From contig CACYBR010000134.1 in the NCBI GenBank assembly GCA_902772705.1, positions 1 to 55,525 on the forward strand: a stretch of 55,525 nt of DNA, read 5' to 3'. Made by a program: the position numbers and the translations under genes. The DNA is from an uncultured Planctomycetota bacterium. Its GTDB lineage: Bacteria; Planctomycetota; Planctomycetia; Pirellulales; Thermoguttaceae. Position 1 is the first letter of the stretch. Every line of letters begins with the position of its first letter. This document shows positions 1 to 9,752 of the stretch, in pieces. The notes below the pieces were generated by a model. The model saw only the letters and a list, made by a program, of their open reading frames with translations, searched no databases and was not told the origin of the DNA.

Positions 1-1070
<1,070 letters not shown>

Positions 1071-1161
1071 TCGTCACTTCCTGTCTGTACTCGAAATTAC
1101 CGAAATCAGACGTCTTCCGCCTTTGGGGCAAAACGTCCTTGCGCAGTAGCTCGCCGGAGGA

Positions 1162-2877
1162 TCAGTCGTCCTCGAGTCGCGCGACGCGAACAACTTCTTC
1201 AATCGTGGTAAGTCCCTTCATTGCCTTGACAATACCGTCTTCAAAGAGAACGTGCATGCCCTCGCTACGCGCCGTTTTACGAATATTCGAGGTAGACTCG
1301 CCCTTAAACGTCAGTTCGCGAATCTTCGGAGACAGATACATCAGTTCGAAAATCGCACGCCGACCGCGGTACCCCGTTTTATTGCAGTTGACGCATCCCT
1401 TGCCCTTCATAAAGGTCGCCTTAGCGGCCATTTCAGGGGTAATACGCGCTGCGCGAAGCTCTGCCTCGCTGGGAGTGTAGGGACGCTTGCACTTCGGACA
1501 AACGCAACGAACAAGACGCTGGGCCATGATTCCGATGACCGAGCTCGCCACCATGTAACCCGGAACGCCCATGTCGACCAGACGCGTAATCGCGGAAGGA
1601 GCGTCGTTCGTATGAAGCGTGCTGAAAACCAAGTGGCCCGTCAGGGACGCCTGAATTCCCATGGACGCCGTTTCAAGGTCGCGCATTTCTCCAACTAGAA
1701 TGACGTTAGGAGCCTGACGCAACATCGAACGAATAACCGCCGCAAAGTCGAGCCCGATCTGGTGCTTGATTTCAACCTGGTTGATGCCGGGCAAATAATA
1801 CTCGACCGGGTCTTCCGCCGTGATAATCTTACGGGTCGGAGCATTGAGCTCGTTGAGCGCCGCGTAGAGGGTCGTCGTCTTACCAGAACCCGTAGGGCCC
1901 GTAACCAGAATAATGCCGTTTGGTCGCTGAATGAGCTGTGTGAAACGCTTATAGTCGCGTTCGGCAAAACCGAGCTGCAGCAGACTCACGCGAATATTGT
2001 CCTTATCGAGAATACGCATGACGATCGATTGTCCATGCGCGGTCGGAATGACGGAGACGCGAAGGTCAAGTTCCTTTTCGCCAAGAGTCAGTTTAATACG
2101 ACCGTCTTGCGTCCGACGACGCTCGGCGATGTCAAGCTTGGCAAGAATCTTAAAACGCGAAATCAACGCGCCCTGGAAACGCTTCGGCAACGCTTCGCGC
2201 TCCACGAGCTTACCGTCGATTCGGTAACGGATGCGCACACGGTCTTCAAAGGGCTCAATGTGGATATCGGAAGCGCGCAACTGAACAGCTTCGGCGATAA
2301 TCTGGTCGCACAGACGGACGATTGGAGCGTCGCTCTCAGAACTCATGCCCGCCTGATCCTGATCGTTCCCCTCGCCGTCGACCACCGTGAAGTTAATCGC
2401 CGTGTCGGTCATTTCCTGGATCATAGAGTCCGCCGACTCGCCGACATTCTGACCGTAGTGCTGATTAATTGCCTCCTGAATCGCTTCTCTCGAGGAAATA
2501 ACAGCCTCGATCGGACGCTGAAGAATGAAACGGAGCTTTTCAAAAACCTCGACGTCGTCAGGGTCGCTAACGACCACGACGAGCGCGTCGCCATCTTCTT
2601 CATACGGGAGAACGCAGTTTTCACGCGCAATCGACTCAGAAATTAACTCGATGACAGACGGACGAATAGCAACGTCCTTGAGGTCGACATAACGCTTGCC
2701 ATGCTCCTCGGCGATCGCTTCGGCAATCTGTTCGCCGGTGACATATCCAAGATCTTTAAGAGCCTGCTGGAGCTTGATGTTCGTTTTCTTCGCGAGCTCC
2801 TGCGCTTCCTGAACCTGGTTTAAGCTAAGCAAACCTTTTTTGTTCAAGATCCCAAGATAGTTCAATCGTTTAGCCAT
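1162..2877 (-). CDS. pilB: GspE/PilB-family secretion ATPase (type IV pilus assembly ATPase, adjacent to pilT)
   Basis: 571 aa. The N-terminal domain is GspE_N/MshEN-like. It has Walker A GPTGSGKTTT, VGEMRD and GHLVFSTLHT, plus a C-terminal tetracysteine motif CVCPKCKRPY...CVNCNKTGYRGR. AAGGGAG RBS upstream of the ATG. Confidence 0.88.
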   Translation of the reverse strand: MAKRLNYLGILNKKGLLSLNQVQEAQELAKKTNIKLQQALKDLGYVTGEQIAEAIAEEHGKRYVDLKDVAIRPSVIELISESIARENCVLPYEEDGDALVVVVSDPDDVEVFEKLRFILQRPIEAVISSREAIQEAINQHYGQNVGESADSMIQEMTDTAINFTVVDGEGNDQDQAGMSSESDAPIVRLCDQIIAEAVQLRASDIHIEPFEDRVRIRYRIDGKLVEREALPKRFQGALISRFKILAKLDIAERRRTQDGRIKLTLGEKELDLRVSVIPTAHGQSIVMRILDKDNIRVSLLQLGFAERDYKRFTQLIQRPNGIILVTGPTGSGKTTTLYAALNELNAPTRKIITAEDPVEYYLPGINQVEIKHQIGLDFAAVIRSMLRQAPNVILVGEMRDLETASMGIQASLTGHLVFSTLHTNDAPSAITRLVDMGVPGYMVASSVIGIMAQRLVRCVCPKCKRPYTPSEAELRAARITPEMAAKATFMKGKGCVNCNKTGYRGRRAIFELMYLSPKIRELTFKGESTSNIRKTARSEGMHVLFEDGIVKAMKGLTTIEEVVRVARLEDD

Positions 2878-3270
2878 TTAAGCTCCCTTGTCGCCAAAAA
2901 CAGACCTCGCACGGCATGTAAACCGTTATCGTTCACACGCGCATAGAACCCAGGACGGCAAAGCCTCGCTCTTTGCGGACTCAGCCCCTTATTTTTCGGT
3001 TATTCCCATTGCAAAAACAACCTTTTCCAGTTTAACCGCGTTATTTGGAAAAATCAAGCATTTTTTACATCTGGCTTTTTCCTTTAAACGATGTTTTGTC
3101 TCTATATTCTCCACAAAAAACACAGATAAAATAATCAATAAAATCGTTTTTTCTATCGTGTTAGAGATAATCGTTCCAAATGAAAAACTTTGGCGTCATT
3201 TCCGAAAAGAAAATTTAAGACGCTAAGAAGAAATTATGGTCAAAATAACTCAAGCGACCCAAAACATGAC

Positions 3271-3307
3271 GACAGAAGCCAATCTCTGCAGGAGGTCGGC
3301 TTCTGTC
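3271..3307 (-). terminator. Hairpin terminator downstream of pheA
   Basis: A 10-bp perfect stem, gacagaagcc (3271-3280) with ggcttctgtc (3298-3307), lies 36 nt past the pheA stop. The U-tract on the minus strand is weak (GUUUU). Confidence 0.5.
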
Positions 3308-3342
3308 AGGAACGTTCAGCATTAAGAACCCGGTCTCGAACG

Positions 3343-4485
3343 TCAAACCATCTCAGAGTAGCTCCCAAGGTAGGTAAACGTCTCGCACAGCCCCTTGAGC
3401 TCGCCCATAAGCTGGATAAAACGTGGAGAATAAACAGGCGCGTCAAGGTCGAAATAAAACATGAATTCAAAGTCGCGGTCCGGGAGAGGACGACTTTCCA
3501 GTTTGATAAGATTGACGTTCAGAGAATAGAACCTCGCCAGAATCTTATAAAGGGAACCTGGCTCGTGGGAAACGCTTGCCATGAGGCTCGTACGGTTCGC
3601 GCCGGGATAAATGTCAAGATTCTTCGAGATGCATATGAAACGCGTATAGTTGTTGTCTTTGTCCTGAACGGCGGGCTTGAGACATTCCAGCCCGTAGAGC
3701 CTGATACACGCGCGAGACGCCAGCGCGGCGACGTCGCGACGTTCTGTGGTCGCAACCATCTGCGCGGCGATCGCCGTGTTCTGAGAAGGAATAATCTTGA
3801 CGTCTTTAAGCGTAGACAGGAAGTTCGAACATTGGCTCAAAGCGTGCGGATGAGAGTGAATCTCACGAATCTCGGAAAGCTTGACGCCAGGTTTGACGAG
3901 AAGATTATGATCTATCTTCTGACGAATGCTACGCACAATGTGGAAATGATGGCGTTGCATCAAGTCGTAAACCTGATTGACAGAACCCGCGAGGCTGTTT
4001 TCGATCGGAATAACGCCATATTTGCAGAAGCCCTTGTCGATCGCGGCGAAAACGCCTTCGAAATTCTGGAAGTACATGATCTTCGCGCCGCTGATGAGGC
4101 GGTCGCAAGCAAGCTGAGAGTTCGCGCCCTCGACGCCCTGACATGCCACGGTTATGTTCGACGGAAAGAGCTTCGGCGTATTCTCGATAGCCGCTTCAAT
4201 GCTGTTGGCAAGATCCGTTCCGACGCCAATAAGCCGATTCTGGTAGCTACGGCTGAGATCAAAAACAACCGAGTACAGAAGAGGCAAGTATTCCCTGAAT
4301 TCCTCGGGCGACTTTTCGAAGATGTTGTTCCGTTTGGCACGTTCCCGCTCCATGTCGATTACGGGAATACCCTTCTCGCGCTTGTAGCTGGCAACCTCGT
4401 TGCTTAGCTTCATTCTTTCTGAGAAAAGGCTGATAAGCTTATCGTCGACTTCGTCGATGCGATCACGGATCTCGTTTAAATCCAT
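3343..4485 (-). CDS. pheA: Bifunctional chorismate mutase / prephenate dehydratase (P-protein)
   Basis: 380 aa. The N-terminal chorismate mutase helix is LNEIRDRIDEVDDKLISLFSERMKLSNEVASYK. The prephenate dehydratase core (ITVACQGVEGANSQLA, IPIENSLAGSV) and a C-terminal ACT-like domain (SLMASVSHEPGSLYKILARF) follow. GGGAG RBS upstream. Confidence 0.9.
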   Translation of the reverse strand: MDLNEIRDRIDEVDDKLISLFSERMKLSNEVASYKREKGIPVIDMERERAKRNNIFEKSPEEFREYLPLLYSVVFDLSRSYQNRLIGVGTDLANSIEAAIENTPKLFPSNITVACQGVEGANSQLACDRLISGAKIMYFQNFEGVFAAIDKGFCKYGVIPIENSLAGSVNQVYDLMQRHHFHIVRSIRQKIDHNLLVKPGVKLSEIREIHSHPHALSQCSNFLSTLKDVKIIPSQNTAIAAQMVATTERRDVAALASRACIRLYGLECLKPAVQDKDNNYTRFICISKNLDIYPGANRTSLMASVSHEPGSLYKILARFYSLNVNLIKLESRPLPDRDFEFMFYFDLDAPVYSPRFIQLMGELKGLCETFTYLGSYSEMV

Positions 4486-4546
4486 CAGGACGCTCCCATG
4501 CGTAGCTCTGGAACCGAACGAGTAGCTCGATCAGTCCTCTGCTAAC

Positions 4547-4582
4547 AAAAAAACGCGCTACAGGCGCAACCCGCAACGCGTT
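4547..4582 (-). terminator. Intrinsic terminator of the pheA leader (attenuator stem 3:4)
   Basis: The minus strand reads AACGCGUUGCGGGUUGCGCCUGUAGCGCGUUUUUUUG. AACGCG/CGCGUU can pair, with an inner GCGC-CUGUA-GCGC hairpin. Seven U follow, 61 nt upstream of the pheA ATG. Confidence 0.6.
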
Positions 4583-4626
4583 AAATACTGAAATACCTTC
4601 ACCATATTTTTCGGCGTTACAGCCCC

Positions 4627-4689
4627 CTACCGACTTCCGCCGGTAAAGATAAAGTCAAAAAACGGGATAAAGGAAAAAAGTCTGTTCAT
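4627..4689 (-). CDS. Phe-rich leader peptide (pheL-like), 20 codons: MNRLFSFIPFFDFIFTGGSR
   Basis: The minus-strand ORF is atg aac aga ctt ttt tcc ttt atc ccg ttt ttt gac ttt atc ttt acc ggc gga agt cgg tag. It has 6 Phe (all TTT) within 11 residues. It sits between a candidate promoter and the terminator that precedes pheA. Confidence 0.6.
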   Translation of the reverse strand: MNRLFSFIPFFDFIFTGGSR

Positions 4690-4774
4690 TTCAATCTTTC
4701 AAGTTGCATATTGCGCTTGGACGCGGATAATCGGCGTCAGAATCCAGAAGAAACCTCGCGACCGCGTCTCGCTA

Positions 4775-4802
4775 AGTCTAACCTCAAAAGAGAACTCGTC
4801 AA
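4775..4802 (-). promoter_or_regulatory. Candidate sigma70-type promoter for the pheA leader
   Basis: The minus strand reads TTGACG-N16-TAGACT, about 85 nt upstream of the leader ATG. Consensus use in this lineage is unverified. Confidence 0.3.
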
Positions 4803-4844
4803 CGGCTCCAGAAGTTTTTTGGAAAAGAATACCCGAAAAGATAA

Positions 4845-5873
4845 TCAACGCTGCGCAGGAGAGGTTTCCTCCTTGAACGTCGCCGTAAGCCTGAGATTCT
4901 TCATTTCAAGATCAGAACGATACGTTCCAGGCGTTTCCCATCCAAAATTAAAGTGAACGACGACAAAATCCTCGACTTCCGAGTTGAGTAAAAAGCCCTG
5001 CTCATGAGCCGCCTTAATCGCGTCGGGAAGGTATTTGTTAAGGTCGATTTCGATATGAACCCATTTCTGAGTGTTCGGATTCACCCCTCCCATAAGGTCG
5101 TCGATCGTTCTCTGTTCGCCAAGACGATAAATCAGCTTGCCTGTGCCTATAGTTTGGGGATCCCCGTCAACTCTGACGTAGTCGGTCTGAACTTCGTAAC
5201 GTTCGTCGTAGAAGGAGACGCCAAACCAAATGTAGTCCCGATAATCAGGGGATTCGGGGTTGTTGTTGGCAATCGCGAAGTAAACAGAAGCCTGCGTCGT
5301 ATGCAAAGTTGGATCGTACTCCTCGTCAGGTCCGGTCTTCGCCACGTTTGAAACGCGAGCGTCACAGGAAAAGACCAACGAATTAACGTCCTTGAACGCG
5401 ACGCGTTCCACTCCCTCGAAATCACGAATCAGCAAAAGGTGTATCCAGAACTGACCGTTCTTTCGCGGTCCGTCGTATTCGTTTTCCGTTCTAACGCCAA
5501 GCTTGAGCGTTACGACGCCATGCTCGTCCTTCGAGAGCGACACGACCTGTCCGGGAGTCGTCGAGGTCGAGACGTTCTCGCCAATCTCATATTTCCCTTT
5601 GACAATGTTGTACTTCGACAAATGCGTCGCCATCGACCAGACTGGTTTTTCTTCGCTCGGCGTCTGACCAGAAAAAGGAAGTCGAAGAACGCCGAGAAAA
5701 GCGGGATCGTCCTGATTGTCTTCCACTCGAAATCCACGTTCAAAGTTCGGATCGCCGAAAAGTTCCCTCGTCTGCCCTACGTCCTGTCCCAAAACAGAAG
5801 AACTGACGCTCAACGCCGTAAAATACAGAAGCGTCAGTCCCAAAGTTCTCAAACGCTCAATATGTCCGCCCAT
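4845..5873 (-). CDS. Secreted hypothetical protein (signal peptide; beta-rich, no recognisable family)
   Basis: 342 aa. The N-terminal signal-like segment is LRTLGLTLLYFTALSVSSSVLGQ. GAGG RBS upstream. It is the last gene of a same-strand four-gene cluster. Confidence 0.6.
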   Translation of the reverse strand: MGGHIERLRTLGLTLLYFTALSVSSSVLGQDVGQTRELFGDPNFERGFRVEDNQDDPAFLGVLRLPFSGQTPSEEKPVWSMATHLSKYNIVKGKYEIGENVSTSTTPGQVVSLSKDEHGVVTLKLGVRTENEYDGPRKNGQFWIHLLLIRDFEGVERVAFKDVNSLVFSCDARVSNVAKTGPDEEYDPTLHTTQASVYFAIANNNPESPDYRDYIWFGVSFYDERYEVQTDYVRVDGDPQTIGTGKLIYRLGEQRTIDDLMGGVNPNTQKWVHIEIDLNKYLPDAIKAAHEQGFLLNSEVEDFVVVHFNFGWETPGTYRSDLEMKNLRLTATFKEETSPAQR

Positions 5874-5931
5874 GTCGTTTACCTCAAAATTTCAAGCGCT
5901 CTTCGTTAGTTTTGACGTCCTCAAAAACAGC

Positions 5932-6876
5932 TCAGATGACGTTCGACGCCTTAGCTTGCTGTAAAATCCTGTCAAAAATCTCGCGAACACGTCGGCTAGG
6001 CAATGCAAAGCTGATTCCCTGATACTGACTTCCATAGATTGCCGTATTGATTCCAACGAGCTGTCCCTTATCATTGACCAGAGCGCCGCCGCTGTTGCCC
6101 GGGTTAACGGCGGCGTCCGTCTGCAAAAATTCCTGTGAAACCACGCCCTGTTCGTTGACGACAAAGCGTTCCTTGGCGCTTACGATGCCCTCGGTAACCG
6201 TCTTTGCAAGCCCGTACGGATTGCCCAGCGCCAGAACAGGATCGCCAACCTCCAGATCGTCGCTGTCTCCCCATTCGATAGGCGTCAGATTGTTGCTGGC
6301 GTCAACCTTGAGCACCGCAACGTCGACTTCCTGATCAACGCCCAGAATGGTCACCGGGCCCGCAACAGAGCGTCCGTCGCTGAGAATAATCTCAACGCTA
6401 TCGACAAGTCGTCCGTCTGAAGCAATGACATGGCAATTTGTAATAATGAGTCCAGACGCGTCAACAATCACGCCTGAACCTTCGCCCAGAGAAATCGACG
6501 TGTCGCCAAACAACCCTCGATGGTACGTATTCGTCTTAATACCGACGACGCTCGGACCGACAAGTTTGACAACGTAGGGAATTCTCGCCTTATCCGCCGC
6601 TTCCGGATGCTCCGCCATGAATTTTTGGGCCGCTTCGTATTTCGCGCGCTCGACGCCCTTCTGCGTCGAGTAGGCCCAACGTTCTGCGATCGTGGGGGTC
6701 GCCACGAGCGCCAAAAGTAGCGCCAGCGCAAGCAACCAGTATTGAAGACGCTTTTTATAAAGATCCTTACGCAAAGAATCCAACTCATTCAGGGCCTGTT
6801 CGCGCTCGGTCGCAACTCCGGCGCCGGCGTTGTTCACGCCGTCATTTTCAGGAACTTCACGATGGTCAAATTCCAT
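5932..6876 (-). CDS. Membrane-anchored trypsin-like serine protease (S1C/HtrA-like, no PDZ seen)
   Basis: The catalytic triad context is ITNCHVI (His), DVAVLKV (Asp) and GNSGGALVN (Ser). A TM anchor, YWLLALALLLALVATP, precedes the protease domain. The ORF track starts at 6978 and overlaps the upstream gene by 98 nt. I prefer ATG 6876-6874 (MEFDHREV), which has a GGGAGA RBS and lies 4 nt after the upstream stop. Confidence 0.75.
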   Translation of the reverse strand: MEFDHREVPENDGVNNAGAGVATEREQALNELDSLRKDLYKKRLQYWLLALALLLALVATPTIAERWAYSTQKGVERAKYEAAQKFMAEHPEAADKARIPYVVKLVGPSVVGIKTNTYHRGLFGDTSISLGEGSGVIVDASGLIITNCHVIASDGRLVDSVEIILSDGRSVAGPVTILGVDQEVDVAVLKVDASNNLTPIEWGDSDDLEVGDPVLALGNPYGLAKTVTEGIVSAKERFVVNEQGVVSQEFLQTDAAVNPGNSGGALVNDKGQLVGINTAIYGSQYQGISFALPSRRVREIFDRILQQAKASNVI

Positions 6877-6880
6877 AGGT

Positions 6881-7837
6881 TCATCTCCCTTTCGCACTAT
6901 TCTCCCAATTCCCATCTTTCCTGTCTGCGTCAGTCGCTTCCGTTCTTTCTGGACTGTCTGTATCGTCTTTCCCGCCAAGGGACAAAATCAGAACGACGTT
7001 CGTATTGACGTCAGGTATCTTCTCTGTGTTGGCGACGTAACTGAGCCGGGAGTTGTCGCTTGAACTCTCATAAGGAACGTCCAGAACAGAACCGGGAAAG
7101 TTTGAAACCCCAAAAACCTCGCCTGTTACATTCGCCAAATAATATTTCTTGCCGTCTGGATCAACGCCAAAGAGTCCTCCCGTAAAAACCCACGACGACG
7201 CCATCGTTTTTCCAGACTTCTCGTCTCTGATCATCTCTTGCGCACGGCGTCGGCAAATTTTGCCGTCTTTCGAATCACGCCAGCAGACGTCAATATTAAT
7301 CTCGTCGCCAGAAGGAGGAACAAACTCAGGGTCGTATTTTGCGGGCGCGCCCTGTTTAGCGCCAATCGCCAGCAAAGCCGCGTGAATCAAGTGAGGGGGC
7401 GTTTCCAGAGCTATTATCGATTCATGCTCCTTGCTGTTCGAGCGACACGCGAAGAATTCAAGCCATCCGTCGCGCAAACAGACAACGCCGCCCAACACAA
7501 CCCTCTTACGATCGGTCGTCACCCAAATCGGCGAGGAACGATCGAGCTTTTTGAGACTTCCTGGTCCCACGTAGAGCGAGGCGTAGTCAAACGTTCCCCG
7601 TCCGGATTCACTGTTTTCCTTATGGGCGCCTTTTGAAGACTCCGATTCGCCGAGGGTCGAATCTACTGCGCTGGCGGAATTGGACCTTGATTCCGGAGGA
7701 AGTTCGTCGACGCCAGACTCCGTCGGGACGTCTTGAGTGAACGCACAACGAGTTTCCCAGACCGTCAAGGAAACGCCAAAAGCGCTCGCAAACACCGCCC
7801 CCATAAGAAAAAATCTATATGCCGTCGTCGACTTCAT
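6881..7837 (-). CDS. Secreted hypothetical protein (possibly YdjY-like domain)
   Basis: 318 aa. The signal peptide is FFLMGAVFASAFGVSLTVW. The segment GWLEFFACRSNSKEHESIIALETPPHLIHAALLAIGAKQG resembles YdjY-domain proteins annotated in planctomycetes. This comparison is from memory, not a search. Confidence 0.55.
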   Translation of the reverse strand: MKSTTAYRFFLMGAVFASAFGVSLTVWETRCAFTQDVPTESGVDELPPESRSNSASAVDSTLGESESSKGAHKENSESGRGTFDYASLYVGPGSLKKLDRSSPIWVTTDRKRVVLGGVVCLRDGWLEFFACRSNSKEHESIIALETPPHLIHAALLAIGAKQGAPAKYDPEFVPPSGDEINIDVCWRDSKDGKICRRRAQEMIRDEKSGKTMASSWVFTGGLFGVDPDGKKYYLANVTGEVFGVSNFPGSVLDVPYESSSDNSRLSYVANTEKIPDVNTNVVLILSLGGKDDTDSPERTEATDADRKDGNWENSAKGR

Positions 7838-7873
7838 CTTATTTTATTCCCCAGTTTGGAACGTTGGCCGCAG

Positions 7874-9664
7874 TCAGTCGGAAAGAATCTGACACGCGTC
7901 CAGAACTCCGAGAATCAGGTTGCAATCGTCTTCCGGTTCGTCGCCCAAACCGATCGAAAGCTTCAGACGCTTCAAATATTCTTCACGAACACGATCGACG
8001 AAATCCGGCGCAAACTCCGCCGTGAAACCCTTCCAAAAACGCTCAAGATTAGTTTGCGAGTTCAACGTTCTCTTGCAAACGTCGCGAACGAGAGCGTCCA
8101 ATCGTCGTAAAGACGCGTCGTTTTCCGGATATTCGGCGCTCAAAACAGAAAAAGGCGACAAGGCGATTCGCTCGCCGTCTGTAATCGCTTCTTCGCCGTC
8201 TTTTCCAGAATCGTCAACCGTCGAACAGAATCGTCGAATTTCGTCTTCAACGTCTTGAGTTTTGACGTTTCTCGACTCGTCCGGATTACCGTCAAGGGAG
8301 CTAGCGCGCGCCTGTTCTATCAGGCGTCTTTTAAGCTGTTCCTCAAACGTTTCCGCTTCAAACGGATTATCCGTCTCCCCCTCCAGTTCTTCTGAAAAAT
8401 CGCCGGCGTCGTCCATTTGAAACGTTGACGATTCGCCGCTCCCCGATTCGTCAGGCTCAGGTTCTATCTGAAAGAATCGGATCGAGTTTATTGAATCAGA
8501 TTCCTCTTTCGAAACGCTGGTCGCAGACTCGGCGATCGCATCCCAAGCGTCGCGCTTGTTGGCGTTGGACTTCCATTCATCGCCATTGCGATCGTCTTCC
8601 TCTTTTTTCCAATTCTCCAGTATATCAAAAGAGGTCTCCTGTTCGCCGTCTTCAGAGGCAGACCAACCTCCGCCGTCTTCATAACCGTCTCCCTTCTCAT
8701 TCTGTGGAGACGATTCCCCGTCGTTTACATCAGGGCAACCGAAAAAAAAGCCGAGAAGTTCAGAGCCCAATTCCACGCAACCCATCCCATAATAGTCTGC
8801 GTCAAATTCACGGTCGCGAACATACTCGTCATAGTGGTTAGTAATCCACATGAGGAAGTAATCTATCGTTTTTGAAGCCAAAACCTCGTTAATCAAAACG
8901 CTCCATGGATTGTCAAGTCCATACAAAGCCTCGTATATTCGGAGCTCTTTCTGGTCGAGGAACTCTACCGACTCTTCAAGCGTCGGTAGAACAAGCGTTC
9001 GTGAACCGGAAGATTTCGCACAGCAAAACCGCGGCAAATTACCACGGAAAAACAATCCCGTAGAAAAGCTTAATCTTCGACGCTCATTCACCGGAAATAA
9101 ACTGAAGACTGCCGACGTCAGGGTGGGAGTTGGCAGCTTTGAGACGAAAAAAGTGTGCGAATTTTCCAAAATCGACTGAATCAGAAAAGCCAGCGCTCTG
9201 TGCCCGACCTTTTTATCTACGCTTTGAACTGAGGCAATGTTGACCAAAGACGCATTCTGATTGAGTCTGAACGAGGGTAAGGACGATCCGGCACGGTACA
9301 AGCCAAATTGCGTTGTGTTGAGCGCAAAATGCATGAATGTCAGAGGATCGGCGCCCGCGCTACAGAAGAGTTCAAAATCGGCAAAGAGACACTGGAAATA
9401 AAATTCGCCGTCTCGGATCGAACGGTCGCTACGAGGGGTCAGACGCCCTATCAACGACGTGCCATTGGGCAAAAAGAACGAAAACATGTTGCTGGTGTAA
9501 AAGCGTCCATCCAAAAGCGAGACTCTGGAGGCAAGATCGCTGGCAAACCTCAGATCTTCCTCGACTGCGCCCGGAGAACACTGTTCAAGATTAACGACGT
9601 TTTGCCGAGAATCCAGCTTCACGGAATAAACGGCCTGCTCAACTAAAGAGGAAGAGTCGCTCAT
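7874..9664 (-). CDS. Large cytoplasmic hypothetical protein with a long acidic central linker
   Basis: 596 aa with no signal peptide. A roughly 300-aa N-terminal domain is followed by a D/E/S-rich region (about residues 320-470) and a C-terminal helical domain. It is the first gene of the 9664-4845 minus-strand cluster. Confidence 0.6.
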   Translation of the reverse strand: MSDSSSLVEQAVYSVKLDSRQNVVNLEQCSPGAVEEDLRFASDLASRVSLLDGRFYTSNMFSFFLPNGTSLIGRLTPRSDRSIRDGEFYFQCLFADFELFCSAGADPLTFMHFALNTTQFGLYRAGSSLPSFRLNQNASLVNIASVQSVDKKVGHRALAFLIQSILENSHTFFVSKLPTPTLTSAVFSLFPVNERRRLSFSTGLFFRGNLPRFCCAKSSGSRTLVLPTLEESVEFLDQKELRIYEALYGLDNPWSVLINEVLASKTIDYFLMWITNHYDEYVRDREFDADYYGMGCVELGSELLGFFFGCPDVNDGESSPQNEKGDGYEDGGGWSASEDGEQETSFDILENWKKEEDDRNGDEWKSNANKRDAWDAIAESATSVSKEESDSINSIRFFQIEPEPDESGSGESSTFQMDDAGDFSEELEGETDNPFEAETFEEQLKRRLIEQARASSLDGNPDESRNVKTQDVEDEIRRFCSTVDDSGKDGEEAITDGERIALSPFSVLSAEYPENDASLRRLDALVRDVCKRTLNSQTNLERFWKGFTAEFAPDFVDRVREEYLKRLKLSIGLGDEPEDDCNLILGVLDACQILSD

Positions 9665-9712
9665 TGCACCAATCCCTAAAAAACAAACCCGTAAGATTTC
9701 GAATAACGACGC

Positions 9713-9752
9713 TCGTTGTCGCTCACTATCCGTCGTTGTCGCTCACTATCCG
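9713..9752. repeat. Perfect tandem direct repeat, 2 x 20 bp (tcgttgtcgctcactatccg)
   Basis: Read directly: 9713-9732 equals 9733-9752. It lies 49-88 nt upstream of the ATG (9664) of the 596-aa gene. Confidence 0.9.

Noticed and set aside
1762-2646. 294-aa + strand ORF inside pilB, plus several shorter ORFs in the same span (1061..1480, 1252..1698, 1695..1967)
   Set aside because: These are antisense or off-frame to a well-supported GspE/PilB gene. They have Arg-rich, low-complexity composition.
3190-4407. 405-aa + strand ORF
   Set aside because: It is antisense to pheA, whose minus-strand translation has the chorismate mutase, prephenate dehydratase and ACT motifs.
4707-4730. Second tiny minus-strand ORF, MQLERLK, just upstream of the Phe leader
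   Set aside because: It has 7 codons, no regulatory codon bias and no RBS. It is probably fortuitous.
6877-6978. 98-nt overlap between the protease ORF and the upstream gene
   Set aside because: It is more likely an over-extended ORF call than a real overlap. An internal ATG at 6876, with a GGGAGA RBS, removes the overlap.
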